Of a stretch of 64,000 nucleotides of DNA, positions 37,744 through 51,300 are shown one piece after another (positions within the stretch are counted from its first letter, which is position 1; each line of letters starts with the position of its first letter). Under the pieces are notes generated by a model that was not told where the DNA came from, searched no databases, and was given only the letters and a program-made list of their open reading frames with translations. The DNA comes from Isurus oxyrinchus (taxonomy: Eukaryota), in assembly GCA_026770705.1 (NCBI GenBank), contig JANJGN010000004.1:139996001-140060000 (forward strand), read 5' to 3'. A program made the translations under genes and the position numbers.

Positions 37744-39530
37744 TCAGGCCATGTTGTGTTTAAGGTGTTTTAAGTTTTCGCTTGCAGGCACTTCGTCTAG
37801 GTGCTCCTCCTCTCTGGCAACAGCACTGGAGACAGCCTGCTGACTCTGCTGTCCTGTTGGCCTTGATGACCTTGGCGGGCGTCCTCTGGCCCGTGGAGTC
37901 TGTGCTGGTCCCGCCTGGGAGGGAGCGGCTAGTGCAATAGCTGGCATCTCCCCAGTTGCCTCAGCCTCATCAGATGCCACGGTCACTGGCAGAGGGGCGG
38001 AGAAGCTGCTGCAGTGATCTAGAGTGCCCCAAGAGAAGCTCGCAGAGATGACAGAAACGCCAATGTGAGGTCGCTTTGGACCTCCCTGTTCACCATTGAT
38101 GGACGGGCACCTAGCTGGGATAATAGGTGCCCAATCCATCTCCCACACTAACACTGACCAGCTGAGGTCATTGCCAGCGTGAGGGCTTGCAGGTCCAAGT
38201 GCTTCCCCAGGAAACTCTAATGGAGTCCCTGGAGGAGACTCTCCATGAGGGTCGCCACTCTCTCCATGGAGGAAGCATTCTGTTCTGCCATGAGAGTCAA
38301 CGCAGTGCTATTGCTCACATGGACTCCTCCATTAGGTACACCATGGCACATATTCCCTCATGTATCTCTGCCAGGTCCTCCCGCACATCCTGCTGGACAT
38401 CCAGCATCTGCTGCCTCAGGGATGGCTCCAGAGGCCCATCATCAGCCATCGACTGAACATTGTCCTGGTCCCCAGCAGTCCTCTGACTGCTGGGGCCCTG
38501 GGCACACTCTGCCTCCACCGACACCTCAAGCAAGTATGAAGTGCCCTCACCAACTGAAATACTCAGTGGCAATCTTATGCCCACCAAGATGTTGGTGCCT
38601 GCTTGACAGAGAGGGTGTGACACTGGTGCATGCTCAGCATGCTGGTCCTAAGGAGTCGGGGTGGGCCTTCAGGCTCCCCATAACTGCTGATGAGCCTAAA
38701 AGGGAGAAGAAGGACATGTTATTAGTTCAACTCATTAGACTGTCAGTGAACATGCTGAGACCCCTGATGAGACAGAGCTATGCATCATGATGCCCATGTC
38801 CTTTCATTATCAATGAGCATTCCAGGTTCAAGACTCAGATCAACATAGAGGTTACACTGTAATGGTTGCAAAAACCCACATTCTCACCTCAGTGTACTGC
38901 ACACTGGCACCCCAACCTCAGTGCAGCTGCTTGACCTAGGTGCATGTCGCCTCTCCAGCTCCAGGGCCTCCTGCTCATATCCACTGAGGATTAAGAGTGT
39001 GGGGGTCCCTCGCCAGTCCATGACCTCTCAATATTGTTATGGAATGTCTTCTCCTGAAAGGCTGCCTGACCAATCCCACCCGAGGAACAGCTCACAGGGC
39101 TTAGCAGATTCGTGACCCTGGAGCCACAAGGCACTCAGTCCAAGCAGCCAGGCTCACCCCTTGGTCAGATCCTGCCTCATTGACACTCACACTGTAACAC
39201 CTCCAAGGTCCAGGGAGGATGAGCAGCTCTTACCTGTTCTGTAAAGTGATCCATGCCAGCACGGTACTCACCCTTCCCGATCGCAGGAGATCGTTAAAGC
39301 GTTTCTGGCACTGCACCCATGTGCGCCTCGCCACATCATGGCTGCTGACCCTGGATGCCACCTCCTCCCAGGCCTTTTTGGTGAGGTGGGGGGGGGACCT
39401 CTTCTTCCTATCCCTGGGGACAAGTGTTTCTCTCCTCATTGCCACCACCTCCAGGAGGGCAGCGAGGCATTCATCTGAGGAACGCGGGGCCAACTGCCCC
39501 GCTGACCTGCCCTCCCACCAGCCATGTCAG
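37744..39530 (-). pseudogene. Harbinger Myb/SANT-like DNA-binding protein gene, apparently 3 exons, decayed
   Basis: APRSSDECLAALLEVV...KKAWEEVASRVSS...RRTWVQCQKRFNDLLRS is a trihelix/Myb-like domain. Donor AGG|gtgagt near 39270, and a downstream coiled coil LRQQMLDVQQDVREDLAEI. Confidence 0.88.
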
Positions 39531-39964
39531 CCGCTACTTCCACGTCCTTTGGTGGCAGCCTTCCAGGGACTGCCGAGGCCACATTTGAATTGGCCTCTGG
39601 GTCACCACTGGAACTATCGGACATTAAGCCCCCACCACCACCCCTGCCCACCCTTTCGCGCTCATTCACAGGCCGCGTCTCACACTGGGCAGGCCTTAAT
39701 TGGCCCACCCGTGTAAAATCACAATGCGCTGCCGATCGCGGGTGACGGTCAGCTTCCCAACCGCCCCCACCCATCCCTATTGAGCACCCCCACCAAGAAT
39801 AAAATTCTGCCCTATCAGTTTACATATGGAGCCTGACATCATTATGAAGTTGTCAAGGGACAGCAGATAGGAAATGATCGAGGGCCAAGGATAGATCCAT
39901 GGAGGGGTGGAAGGGAAGAAGGAGCCAGAAGAAAAACAACTGCAAGAGATTCTCTGATTACAAC

Positions 39965-41850
39965 AGAGAAGGTAATGGTGAGCTGCATTCTTAAACTACT
40001 ACAGTCCATGTGGCATAGGTACACCAACAGTGCTGTTAGGAAGGGAATTCCACGACGTTGACCTAGTGACAGTGAAGGGATGGTGATGTAGTTCCAAACC
40101 AAAATGGTGTATGACTTTGAGGGGAACTTGTAAGTGATGATGTGACCATACACCTGCTGCCAATAAGAGAAAAAAAAGTTAAATTCACAGCACAGAAGGA
40201 GGCTATTCAATCCATTGTGTCCATGTCCTTGTTATCCTATGTGGAAAGGTCAAAGGTTTGGATGGTGCTGTCAAAGGAGCTTTGGCAAATTGCTGTAATG
40301 CGTCTTGTAAATGGTAAACATTGCTGCTGCTGTGGAGGAGCGAGTGATTGTTTAAGGTGGTGGATGGTGTGCCATCAAGCAAGCTAATTTGTGTTGAATG
40401 GTGTCGAGCTTCTTGGCTGTTACTGGAGAGTTGGGGGTGGTGGGGGGGTATTGTTGAGAGAGGGGACAAATGGTTTTGTCCATTGTAATGGAGCCTTCAT
40501 GCTGATCTCAGGGTTCGTCACAGGCACATTCAAAGTACCTCCCCCATCACAAGCACATCCAAGGAAGACCCCAATTAGTCAGTCAGAGCACTGACTGAAC
40601 TACCAATCATGACACGGAAAGAAAAAACAAATCATGGCAGCAAAAAGCTATCCCACTGATGAAACCATTTGGGAAAAAATTCACGTCCCGGACAGAATCT
40701 CTGCTCAACTGTCACCATTGTGGCCTCGATGCTCACAACCCAAAACAATTGGCCCATGACCCCAATGGTGGTGGTAACCCACAGTCTGAGAACTCCTGTT
40801 GTAGATGGTGAACAGGTGAACAGGCTTCAGGGAATCAGTGGGTGACTTACTCACCACTGAATTCCCAGCCCCCAACTTGCTCTTGTAATCACAGTAAATA
40901 TGGGGCTGGTCCATTTTTTAGTTAATGGTCACCCCCAGGATATCAATGCCAGAGGATTCAGCAGTAATAATATTGTTGAATGTCATTGGGGGATGGTTAT
41001 CCTCTCTTCCCCTGTTGGTGATGGTCATTGCCTGATACTTGTGTGGTGTGAATGTTACTTGCCACTTACCAAGTCTGAATGTTGTCCCGGTCTCGCTGCA
41101 CGAAGGCATGGACTACTGGACTGCTTCATTGTCTGAGGACTGTGCAGTTTTCATCCCCACTCCTGACCTTATGATGGAGGAAAGGTCATGGAGAACAAGC
41201 TGAAGATAGCTGGACCTAAGACACAACCCTAAGGAACTCCTGCTGCAATGTTCTAGAGAGGAAACAATTGGCCTCCAAGGACTGCAACCATTTTCCATTG
41301 TGCTGGGTATGATTCCACCCAGTGGAGACTTTTCTCCCTGATTCCCACCGACTCCAGTTTTTTTTAAAAATTCATTCACCGGATGTGGGCTTCCTGGCTG
41401 GGCCAGCATCTATTGCTCATCCCTTGCTGCCCTTGAGAAGGTGGTAGTGAACTGCCTTCTTGAACTGCTGCAGTCCATGTGGTGTAGGTACACCCACAGT
41501 GCTGTTAGGGAGGGAGTTCCAGCATTTTGACCCAGCGACAGTGAAGGAACGGCTATATATTTCCAAGTCAGGATGATGAGTGACTTGGAGGGGAACTTCC
41601 AGGTGGTGGTGTTCCCATCTAGCTGCTGCCCTTGTCCTTCTAAGTGGTAGTGGTCGTGGGTTTGGAAGGTGCTATCTAAGGAGGCTTGCTGAATTCCTAT
41701 TTTGCTAGGGTTCCTTGATACCACACTCGGACATGTGATGTCTTGATGTCAAGGCAGTCACTTTCATCTCACCTCGAATTCAGCTCTTTTGTGCATGTTT
41801 GGACCAAGACTGTAATGAGGTCTGAAACGGGGTGACTCTGGCAGAATGAT
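39965..41850 (-). mobile_element. LINE family B fragments, with a younger 3' fragment (about 41360-41695) nested in an older copy
   Basis: The older copy reads ...gactccagtttt[insert]ttttgctagggttccttg, continuous with the uninterrupted text at about 24600. The insert carries the 3' tail. Confidence 0.8.
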
Positions 41851-42766
41851 GATGATGACTGATTTGAAAGGGTGGGACAATTCATGATTTTAAGGAACAT
41901 TTAAAAGACCAGCTATCATGGGGCCAGGAAAGGAAGTTGTCTGGTCAGCAGTTTACTGGGCATATGATCAAATTAGGAGGTGGACAAATTGAGCCCAAAA
42001 AAAGCATGAAGGTGTGGTGTCTGCTCTGGCACAGCGAACCTACAGGGAATTCGTGGTGTCTATGAGCAGGGCAAGTAACAGTGAGGCTCTTCAACCAACC
42101 AGATTGAAGAATCCTCACTGAGACATGCAGAGTCTTAACCAGGAAGTATAAAAGCAAGCAAGATAAATTAGGTTTAAATGATGTACAGAAACTTAAATAA
42201 AGACTGGGTAAAACAGGAGGATTAAGGGAGAGATAAAAGTAAAACGTATATATATTTTTAAATTAAATCAAATTTACTAAACCTGCTATTTTTTTTCTCA
42301 GGATATTGTAGTTCACACTTCCATACATAATTTTTCTGGATCAGAGAGTTTGTTTCACAGTAATCATCACATATCAAGCCATTAAAAAATTACTAGTCCT
42401 AAATATTTCAGCCTATTTTTGAATGGGACTAGTGCGCAACCAGCCCAAGTCCAGGTTGCTGCACACATTATAATGACAAGTCGATCTTCAGGGACTTCAA
42501 CAGAACATCCTGTGGAGGAGCAGGGTATCTCAGCTCAATTTTTGCATTACTGTGTTTAATTAAGCAGGTGTGTACACCATTCCAGAAATTGTTGAGTACA
42601 CACCTGCACAGTTAAACGTGAAAATCCAGAAGTTTCTTGCAGATTTCCTCTATTGTAACGTTTGACCTCATCGTTATTCTTTTCATGAAATACTACCCAT
42701 TATATTATGACTGGAATATCATGAAAAATGGATTTAATTGGCAAACTCTCACAGCATGTAGCACAC

Positions 42767-42948
42767 CTTCTTTTCACTGTGATATTTGTTATTGAATTTC
42801 CTTCCAGTGGTTCCTGAACTCTGTACACCATTTGTGTGAAATGAACAGTACCATGTGGGTTGTCATTGGCTGGAACAATAATATTCGCCACACTGTCCCT
42901 CCCAATGGAGCTTCCATAAGTAGAATGGGTGAGCTGCACTTGAATAAC
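42767..42948 (-). CDS. ADGRV1: ADGRV1 coding exon B (182 bp)
   Basis: Acceptor gtacag|GTT, donor AG|gtgtgc. Encodes VIQVQLTHSTYGSSIGRDSVANIIVPANDNPHGTVHFTQMVYRVQEPLEGNSITNITVKR. Phase 0 to 2, matching both neighbours. Confidence 0.95.
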
Positions 42949-42979
42949 CTGTACAGGGAAAAGAAAGTTAAAATTAGTT

Positions 42980-43072
42980 TGAAAAACAAAAAATGCTGGA
43001 AAAACTCAAAAGATCTGACAGCATTTCTTGTTCTTGTTTCAGGTTTCCAACATCTGCAATATTTTGCCTTTA
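42980..43072. mobile_element. Penelope-like repeat remnant about 30 bp upstream of the exon B acceptor
   Basis: aaaatgctggaaaaactc...ctgacagcat fused to the inverted piece tttcaggtttccaacatctgcaatattttgc. Confidence 0.65.
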
Positions 43073-44882
43073 AGCTAAAATTAGTATGCTAGCCATATTA
43101 AAATCAGCCCAAAGTTACATTTCCCCATAATTCTAGGTATAAAATTCAGCCTTTATTTTCTAGAAATTCCTGTTTGTAGAAATTACTTTTCCAATAGTTT
43201 TAGACTAATAACAAGCATTTACTGTTAAAAATCAACTTGTCTTCTCCCTTGCATTTCTTTGGACTTATTTTATCCTTTCCATTTTCAATCTAAAATGATT
43301 CACTTGTATTATAAAATACCACTACTGGGCTATGTGAAAGATGCAAAGCTCTGTCATGCAAAACATCTGCATTATATACCTTCATGTGTCTAGACAGTAC
43401 AAGCCTGTTTAAAATAATTAGCTTCTTATACCGATATTCCTTGAAAATTAACTGCATACCCATCAGGGCATAAACTAGCATTATAGATCAGACATAAACT
43501 AGCTTTGTGCATGGGAAACATGCCATTTTCTTCTTCATTGAAATTAATGAAAATGAAAATCAGGTGGTTTCTATAGTAGGAAACTGATTTACAATGCCCA
43601 TTTTTCTGCCCTGATAGCAAGTTAAGAATCTACTGTTTCTGTCTGGACCAAAGCTCTAATAGCCTTTGGACTGAATCTATTAAATTATTAAATCTTTTTA
43701 AAGAAAATAATTTTTTATTTCTAATTGCATAGAAGACAACATAAATAAGGCATTTTGCTTAATAACAGATTTCCTTTTTTTGCCAGACATTACACACACA
43801 CGACAGATTGTACAGAAACAAGCCTATAGGCTAATTGTAATCTGGGCTGAAGGGCAGTGCTTACAAAATGCACTCACTGGTCTAAATTTCATAGGAACAT
43901 AGGACTTAGGAGCAGGAGTAGGCCATTTGGCCTACTCGATAAAATCATAGCTGATCTGGTTGTGGCCTCAGCTCCACTCTCCTGTTTGCCCCCCGTAACC
44001 CGGACTCCCTTGTCTATCAAGAATCTATCTAACTCAGCGTTTAATAAATTCAATGATCCAGCCTCTACTGCTTTCTGGGGAAGAAAATTCCACAGACTAG
44101 TGACCCCCTGAGAGAAAAAAAATTCTCCTCATCTTCACCTTAAATGAGAGACCTCATATCTTTAAAATGTGTTCCCTAGTTCTAGTCTTCCCCCATAAGT
44201 GGGGACATCCTCCTAATATCCAACCTATCACGTCCTCTTAGGATCTTATATGTTTCAAAAAGATCACCTTTCATTCTTCAATTTAGTGGGTATAGGCCCA
44301 ATCCGTTTAACCTCTCTTCATGAGATAAACCCTTCATCCCAGGAATGAGTTGGATGAGCATTCTCTGAACTGTTTCTAATGCTATTATACCATTTTTCAA
44401 ATAAGGAGACCAAAACTGAACACAGTATTCAAGATGTGGCTTCACCAAGGCCCTGTACAGTTGCAGCAACACCTTTCTACTTCTATGTTCCATTCCCTTT
44501 TCAATAAACACCAATATTCCATTTGCCTTCCTAATAACTTGCTTACTTACATGCTAACTTTTTGTGATTCATGTAGCAAATCACCCAGATCCCTCTGTAC
44601 CACAGAGTTCTGCAATCTCTCTCCACCTAAATAGTGCAATGCTTTTCTATTTTTTCTGCCAAAGTGGACGAGTTCACATTTTCCCACATTATATTCCATC
44701 TGCCAAATGTATTCCCACTCACTTAAACTGTCTATATCCCTTTGTAGGCCCTTTACCTCCTCTTCACAACTTACTTTCCTACCTATCTTGGTGTCATCAG
44801 CAAAGTTAGCTAACATACATTAGGTCCCTTCAACCAAGTCATTGATATAGATAGTAAATATTTGAGGCCCCTGTGCTGATCC

Positions 44883-45024
44883 AATGAAGGCAAAATACTG
44901 CAGATGCTGGAAATCTGAAATAAAAACATAAAATGCTGGAAAAGCTCAGCAGGTCTGACAGCATCTGTGGGGAGAGAAACAGAGTTAACGTTTCGAGTCC
45001 ATATGACTCTTCTTCAGAGCTCTC
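44883..45024 (-). mobile_element. Penelope-like terminal repeat with a minimal hammerhead motif
   Basis: Interrupts CR1 between gctgatcc and atctcttgggcact. Minus strand reads ctgaagaagagtcatatggactcgaaacgttaactct. Confidence 0.85.
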
Positions 45025-45234
45025 ATCTCTTGGGCACTCTAGTTACAGCTTGCCAACCTTAAAATTACCCATTTATCCCAAATCTCTGTTTCCTGTTAGC
45101 TAACCAATCCTTTATCCATGCTAATATATTACGCCCTACACCATGAACTCTTACTTTCTGTATTAACCCACTGATGTGGCATTTTATCAAACATCTTTTA
45201 GAAATCTCTTCATCCACCTTACTTATTACTTCCC

Positions 45235-45555
45235 CAACTCCAGGAGGGGGTTCTGATGGATGGAGGGCACCCCCCCCCCACCCCCACCCCCCCAAACCCC
45301 CACTCACTCCTTCCCCCCCGAGATGTAGCTCTGGGCGGGAAATGGCCCTTAAGTGGCCAAAACTTAGCCACTTAAGTGTCTCAATTGGGGGTAAGGGCGG
45401 GCTTCCCGTCCAAGGCCTTGCTCACTCCAGTATAAAATTGCTGTGGGGTTGGGGCGCATGGGAACCTGGAGGGAATCCTGTCCCTTCAATTTCACGCTCT
45501 CCACCCACCTCCCCCATCTAAAATCCCATTGGTAGGGGAGCGTAAAATTCTGGCC
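45235..45555. mobile_element. Harbinger-type MITE remnant inside CR1
   Basis: Ends gtaaaattctggcc, with ggcccttaagtggcc and ccacttaagtg palindromes. Confidence 0.6.
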
Positions 45556-46847
45556 AATGAGTTCTAGGAATTTCCATATGACAGATGTCAGGCTAAAGCA
45601 CCTATGGTTTCCTGTTTTCTGTCTCCCTCCTTTCCTGAATAAAGGTGTTGTTTGCTACTTTCCAATCAGCTGGGGCCTTTTTAGAACCTCGGGCATTTTG
45701 GAAGATCAGAACCAATGCCTCTACTATCTGTGCAGCCACTTCTTTTAATACCCTAGGAATGCAGGCCATCCAATCCTAGGGACTTGTCTGCCTTTAGTTC
45801 TAACAGTTTTCCCATTACCTTATCCCTAGTGATAGTGATTGTTTTAAGTTCCTCCAAACCTTTCGCCTCTTGATTCTCAAGTATTTTTAAGAAGTTTTCT
45901 ACATCTTCTACAGTAAATACAGACACAAAGGAGAGGATTTTCCATCTCTGACACCGACAGGCATCATCACACTGGGACGGGAAAATTTGGGCTCTCCAAA
46001 TTTTCCTGTCCTGCCTGCGACGATATCTACCAATGTTATGAGTGATGTTGTCTAGAGGCTCCTTTACTTTGAGGTTGTTGATTAATCCACTCATTGTGCA
46101 TCACTAGGTCTAATACAAACTGTGCCCTGGTTGGCGCTAGAACATACTGTTCTTAGAAACTGTGCTGAACACACTCTATGAACACATTTTCCAGGCTACT
46201 TTTGCCAATCTGATTTGCCCAACCTATATGTAGATTAAATCATCCATGATTCTTGCAGTTCCTTTCTTACATGCCCCATTTATTTCTTCCTGTGTACTCT
46301 GTCCTACAGTGTGGCCACTATTAGCGGACCTGTAAACTACTCCCGCAAGTGACCTCTATCTTTGTTATATTTCTCATCTCTACCCAATTGATTTGATATG
46401 TTGCTTTTTCAAACTAAGATAGTCTCTCAATACTGTACCAATGTCATACTTAATTAATAGAGCTACCGCACCACATTTTCCAAGCATACTGTCCTCCTGA
46501 AATGTCAAATACTCCTGAATATTCAGGTCCCAGCCTTGGTCACCTTACAACCATGTCTCTATAATGGCTATAAGGTCATATATGTTTATTTCTATTTGTG
46601 CTAACAATTCATCAATTTTGTTACCGGGGTACACTGGGGACTCCCAGTCTTTATTTAAATACTGCTGGCCTACCTTCCACCAGAAAGGAAAGGAAGACGA
46701 TGCAGAACAGCAACCATTGAGGGAAGATTATGTAGCTTTTGACTGGCCATCAGCTTGAAATTAAATGTCAAGAGAAGGGTTTCGAGCGGGTCACACTGAA
46801 GGAAAGGGATGAGAGGTTGGTCATTGAGGCACGAGCATCCAAGGCAA

Positions 46848-46920
46848 ATGATGCAGTGATTTTCCTAGTAGGGCCAGAGGAGCGATGATGCAGTAATTTT
46901 CCTAGTAGGGCCAGAGGAGC
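46848..46920 (+). repeat. 37-bp tandem duplication (2 copies)
   Basis: atgatgcagt(g/a)attttcctagtagggccagaggagc, present twice. Confidence 0.92.
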
Positions 46921-48370
46921 ACTTTTATAGTTAGTTTGGAGGGTCCATGGAGGTGCACTCATTCAGGAAGGTGGACAGTATTCCATCACACTCCTGAATT
47001 GTGCCTGGTAGATAGGGTGGACAGGCTTTGGGGAATCACGGGACAAGTTACTCTTTGCAGAATTCCCAACCTCTAACCTACTTTTGTAGCCAAAGTACTT
47101 ATATGGCTAGTCCAGTTCAGTTCCTGGTCAATAGTGACCCGCAGGATGTTGATAGTGGAGGGATTCAGTGATGGTGATGCCATTGAATATAATGGGGAGA
47201 TAGTTAGATTCTCTCTTCTTGGAGATGGTCATTGTCTGGCCCTCGTGTGGTGCAAATGTTACTTGCCACTTATGAGCCCAAGTCTGAATCTTGACCAAGT
47301 CTTGCTGCATATGGACACGAACTGCTTCAGTACCTGAATCGTTGCAAATGATGTTGAACATTGTGCAATCATCCATGAACAGCCCGACTTCTGACGTTAT
47401 GATGGAAGGGAGGTCATTGATGAAGCAGATGGTTGAAAACTGTGACCATAATATGATAGAACTTCACATTAAGTTTGAATATGATATAGTTATTTCTGAA
47501 ACTAGGGCCTGAAATCTGAGCAAGGAAAACTATGAAGGTATGAGGGGCCAGTTGGCCATGGTGGATTGGGAAAATACACTAAAAGATTTGATGATAGACA
47601 GGCAATGACAGGTAGTTAAAGTAGTACTGCAAGGTCTGCACCAGAGATACATTCCTCTGAGACACAAACACCCAATGGGAAAGATGAATCAAACATGGCT
47701 AACAAAAGAAGTTGAAGATTGCATTAGATAAAAGGAAGTGACTTATAAGGATGCCAGAAAAAGTGGTAAGCCTGAGGATTGGGAGCAATATAGAACCCAG
47801 CAAAAGAGGACCAAGAAACTGATAAAGAAAGGGAAAAGAAAATATGAATGCAAACTAGAGTGAAACATAAAGGTGGTAAAAGCTTCGTTCTGAAAAGGAA
47901 AAGATTATCTAAGACAAAAGTGGGTCCATGTCAGGGAGACAGGAGAATTTATAGTGGAGACCAGGGAAATGGTGGAGGAAGTAAACAATTACGTTGTGTC
48001 TATCTTCATGGAAGAAGGTACAAAAAATCTCACAGAAATACTAGGCAACCTAGGGATTTATGAAACCGAGGCACTGAAAGAAATGAATATTAGTAAAGAC
48101 GTGGTACTTGAAAAGTTAACTGGGTCGAAGGTTGATGTAGTAATTATAGTTTTGAGAAACGTAGGACTGTAGCTTTAAAAAGAATCCTTTGTTGTAAAAT
48201 CACATGATCTGTATAAACCAATGGGTTAGCAACGTGAGGAACCTCTAGGAGAGAGTTCTTTTGTAGATATAGAGTTTAATGCACATATGTAGTTGCTGCT
48301 GCTGTCTTGTAAATAAAGTTAAATATGTCCATCAAGGAAAGCTGCCTGGAAAATCAACACTATAACAAAC

Positions 48371-48383
48371 TGGCGATGAGGAT
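48371..48383 (+). other. Primer-binding site, probably tRNA-Ser(GCU)
   Basis: tggcgatgaggat, 3 nt after the 5' LTR. One mismatch from TGGCGACGAGGAT, the complement of the vertebrate tRNA-Ser(GCU) 3' end as recalled. Confidence 0.75.
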
Positions 48384-51300
48384 AAATCAGATCCGGCACT
48401 GTCTCCCAAGTGACTGTGAGTATCTAAGATAATTTAAAAAAAAGGAAGATATACTCATCTGAGATGCCAGAGTTTGGCAGAATCAGTCCCTTTGAACGAG
48501 CCACAGACTACTAGTCTCAATATATAGAACATCTTGCATTCTATTTTCAAGCCAACAAAATCACAGGAAAGGAAAAGTGGAGAGTGATTTGTAGGAGCAA
48601 GACCTACAGTTTAATTCAAAACTTGATAGCCTCCAGTGCTCCAGATTCAAAGAACTTCAGTGAAGTAGTAGACCTTGTTAAGGGCATTTTCAATCCAAGC
48701 CCTCAATTACAATACAGAGGTTCAGGTTCAATTCACAGAATAGAGCTCGGGGTGAGACCATTGCTACCTATGTGGCGAAATTAAAACAACTAATGGAATA
48801 TTGTGATTTCGGTGAAACCCTGAATGACATGCTCAAAGATCATTTGGTATATGGCGTGCAGGAGGATATTATTCAGAGAAGATTATTGGCTGAAGTGAAT
48901 TTTGATTTTAAGAAAGCATTAGAAATAGCACTTGCGATTGAAAGTACTGTAAGGGATTCACAAGTAATTCAAGGGGTGCAAAATGGCATCATTCTCCTAG
49001 TTGGGCAGGAAAAGCCGGGACTCCACTGCAAAGCAGGAAACAGCTCCTGGTAACTGAAAATTGAGAGGAAACAGCTTAGCAGCAAGTTGAAAAATAATTT
49101 TTATCGATGTGGAAACAATCATACTCCTAACGTTAGGCAATTTAAAAAGGTGGAGTGTTATTTTTGTAACAAAAGTGGACGCAAATTGAAACATTGCAAA
49201 GCGAGATTTAAACAGGCTTCTAGGCAACAATCAAAGTCCAATAAAGTGTACTGTGTGGAAGAGGCAGAAATAACCAATTCTGACATTTATTCATTGTCCA
49301 ACATGAAAGTTGGGAAGACCCAGAGTCAATTACTGTCACATTGCAAGTGAATGGTAAACCATTGAAAATGGAAGTAGACACTGGTGCTTCCAACACTGTA
49401 GTAGGAGAACACACTTACAGATGTTTAAATAAAGGTGATCAGCAATAAAATTTGGAACAAACATATGCCAAGTTGAAAATGTACACAGGTGAAGAAATCC
49501 AGGTAAAAGAAAAATACGATGCCATCTTCAAGGATGAACTGGAAAAAATCCAAGGCCTACAAGGCTAAAATTTACGTGGACACAAAAGCAACCCTTCACT
49601 TCTTGAAAGCAAGACCAGTGCCATACGCCCTGAGAGAGAAGGTTGACACTGTGTTAAATCAGCTAGAGAGGCTCGGTGTCATAAAAGCGGTTCAGTTCTC
49701 AGAGTGGGTAGCACCCATAGTCACTGATCTTAAACCAGTCTAGATCATCGGGATCTGTGGGGACTATAAACTAATTGTCAACAAAGCTGCCAACTGGACA
49801 GGTACCCTATTCCCAAGATTGAAGACCTGTATGCCAAACTAGTAGGAGGGACAATATATTCAAAGCTTGACATGGGTCACGCATACCAGCAACTGGAACT
49901 GAATGATGCCTCCTGAGAATTTGTGACATAAGGACCCACAGAAGATTATATCAATAGACATATCTGTCCTTCAGCGTTTCCTCGGCCTGTGCCACTTTTC
50001 AGAGGACAATGGGAAGCTTTCTACGAGGACTACCTTACGTTGTGGTCTACCTGGACAATATAGTGATAACTGGATTCACAGACAAGAAAATCTACAGGAA
50101 TTATTAGAAGCAGGAGTGTGCCTAAAGAAGGAAAAGTGTACTTTTCAGGCAAATGAAATCATTTATTTGGGCCACCTGGTAGATGCCCAAGGGTTACACC
50201 CTGTTGAAGAGATGGTTAAAGCAATCAGAGAGGCACCTGCACCTAAAAACGTCTCTGAACTTAAATCATTTTGAGGGATGGTAAATTATTACAGCCGATT
50301 TCTTCCAAATTTATCAATCGGTTTAGCCCCTCTACATTCATTGCTGAAGAAAAACCAGCATTGGGTTTGTGAGTCATCCCAAGAAGAAGCTTTCATGAAA
50401 GTAAAGCAGCTCTTGCACTCTTCAAGTTTTTTAGTGCACTACAACCCAACAAAGGAATTGGTGCTGACCTGTGATGCATCCCCCTATGTGGTGGGAGCGG
50501 TACTATCTCACAAGATGGAAAATGGTATAGAGTGGCCGATAGACTATGTACCCAGGACATTTAACAAAGCTGAAAAAGGATATTCTCAGGTCGAAAAGGA
50601 AGGTCTGTCGATTTTTTTGGCGTAAAAAAAAGTTCGCCAATACTTTGCTTGGGTGACATTTCACAATAGTATCAGACCACAAACCACTTTTGGAAAAGGC
50701 CATATCTCCCACAGCTTCAGCATGAATACAAAGATGGGCCCAATTTTGGCAGCATATGAATACAACTTTGTACACAGGCCAGGGATTCATATAGCAAATG
50801 GCAATGCCCTAAGTTGCATCCTTTGCAAGAGAACAATGTCCCAATTCCCCAAGAGCTCGTTTTAGTGATGAACTTCCTGGATTCCTCACCAGTCTGTGCC
50901 AGGCAGATAAGAAACTGGATGAGTCATGATCCAGCCCTGTCTGAGTGAGAGACCAGGTGTTACATGGTTGGTCCCAGGAACCAGTCTCTGATGAATTGAA
51001 GCCATTTTTCAAAGACATGAAATGAGCAGTCAGGATGGAATTCTATTATGGGGTGCATGAGTAGTGGTTCCTTCATAAGGAAGGGGGCCACTCTTGGTAG
51101 AGTTACACAGTGCCCATCCAGGAATCTCAAGAATGAAGGCGATAGCGCAAAGTTATCTTTGGCAGCCGGAGAAGAACGGCAATATTGAAAATGTGGTAAA
51201 ACACCATGTGCAATGTCAACAACGACAAAAGTTGCTGGTGGCAGCCCCATTACATCCATGGCAGTGGCCTGATAGACCCTGGGTGAGATTGCACATAGAT

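Larger units (their letters stand above)
35545..39812 (+). mobile_element. Full-length decayed PIF/Harbinger DNA transposon (about 4.27 kb)
   Basis: 12-bp TIRs gggcagaatttt / aaaattctgccc enclose convergent transposase (+) and Myb/SANT-like (-) genes, the canonical Harbinger architecture. The 3-bp flanks (cag/tat) no longer match. Confidence 0.93.
43890..46624 (-). mobile_element. Decayed CR1 LINE ORF2 interrupted by a Penelope-like repeat and a MITE
   Basis: ORFs MLANFADDTKIGRKV, LYRALVKPHLEYCVQFWSP and LKADKSLGLDGLH. APE start near 46600, tail cataggaacatagga at 43890. Confidence 0.92.

Noticed and set aside
5885-41420. Loss of AATAAA in 4 of 7 sense-oriented LINE-B/SINE tails as selection against premature polyadenylation
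   Set aside because: At the visible divergence of these copies a hexamer would often be hit by chance, and three copies retain it.
46848-46920. 37-bp direct repeat as a CRISPR-like array
   Set aside because: Only two adjacent copies with no spacer, in a vertebrate intron. It is a simple tandem duplication.
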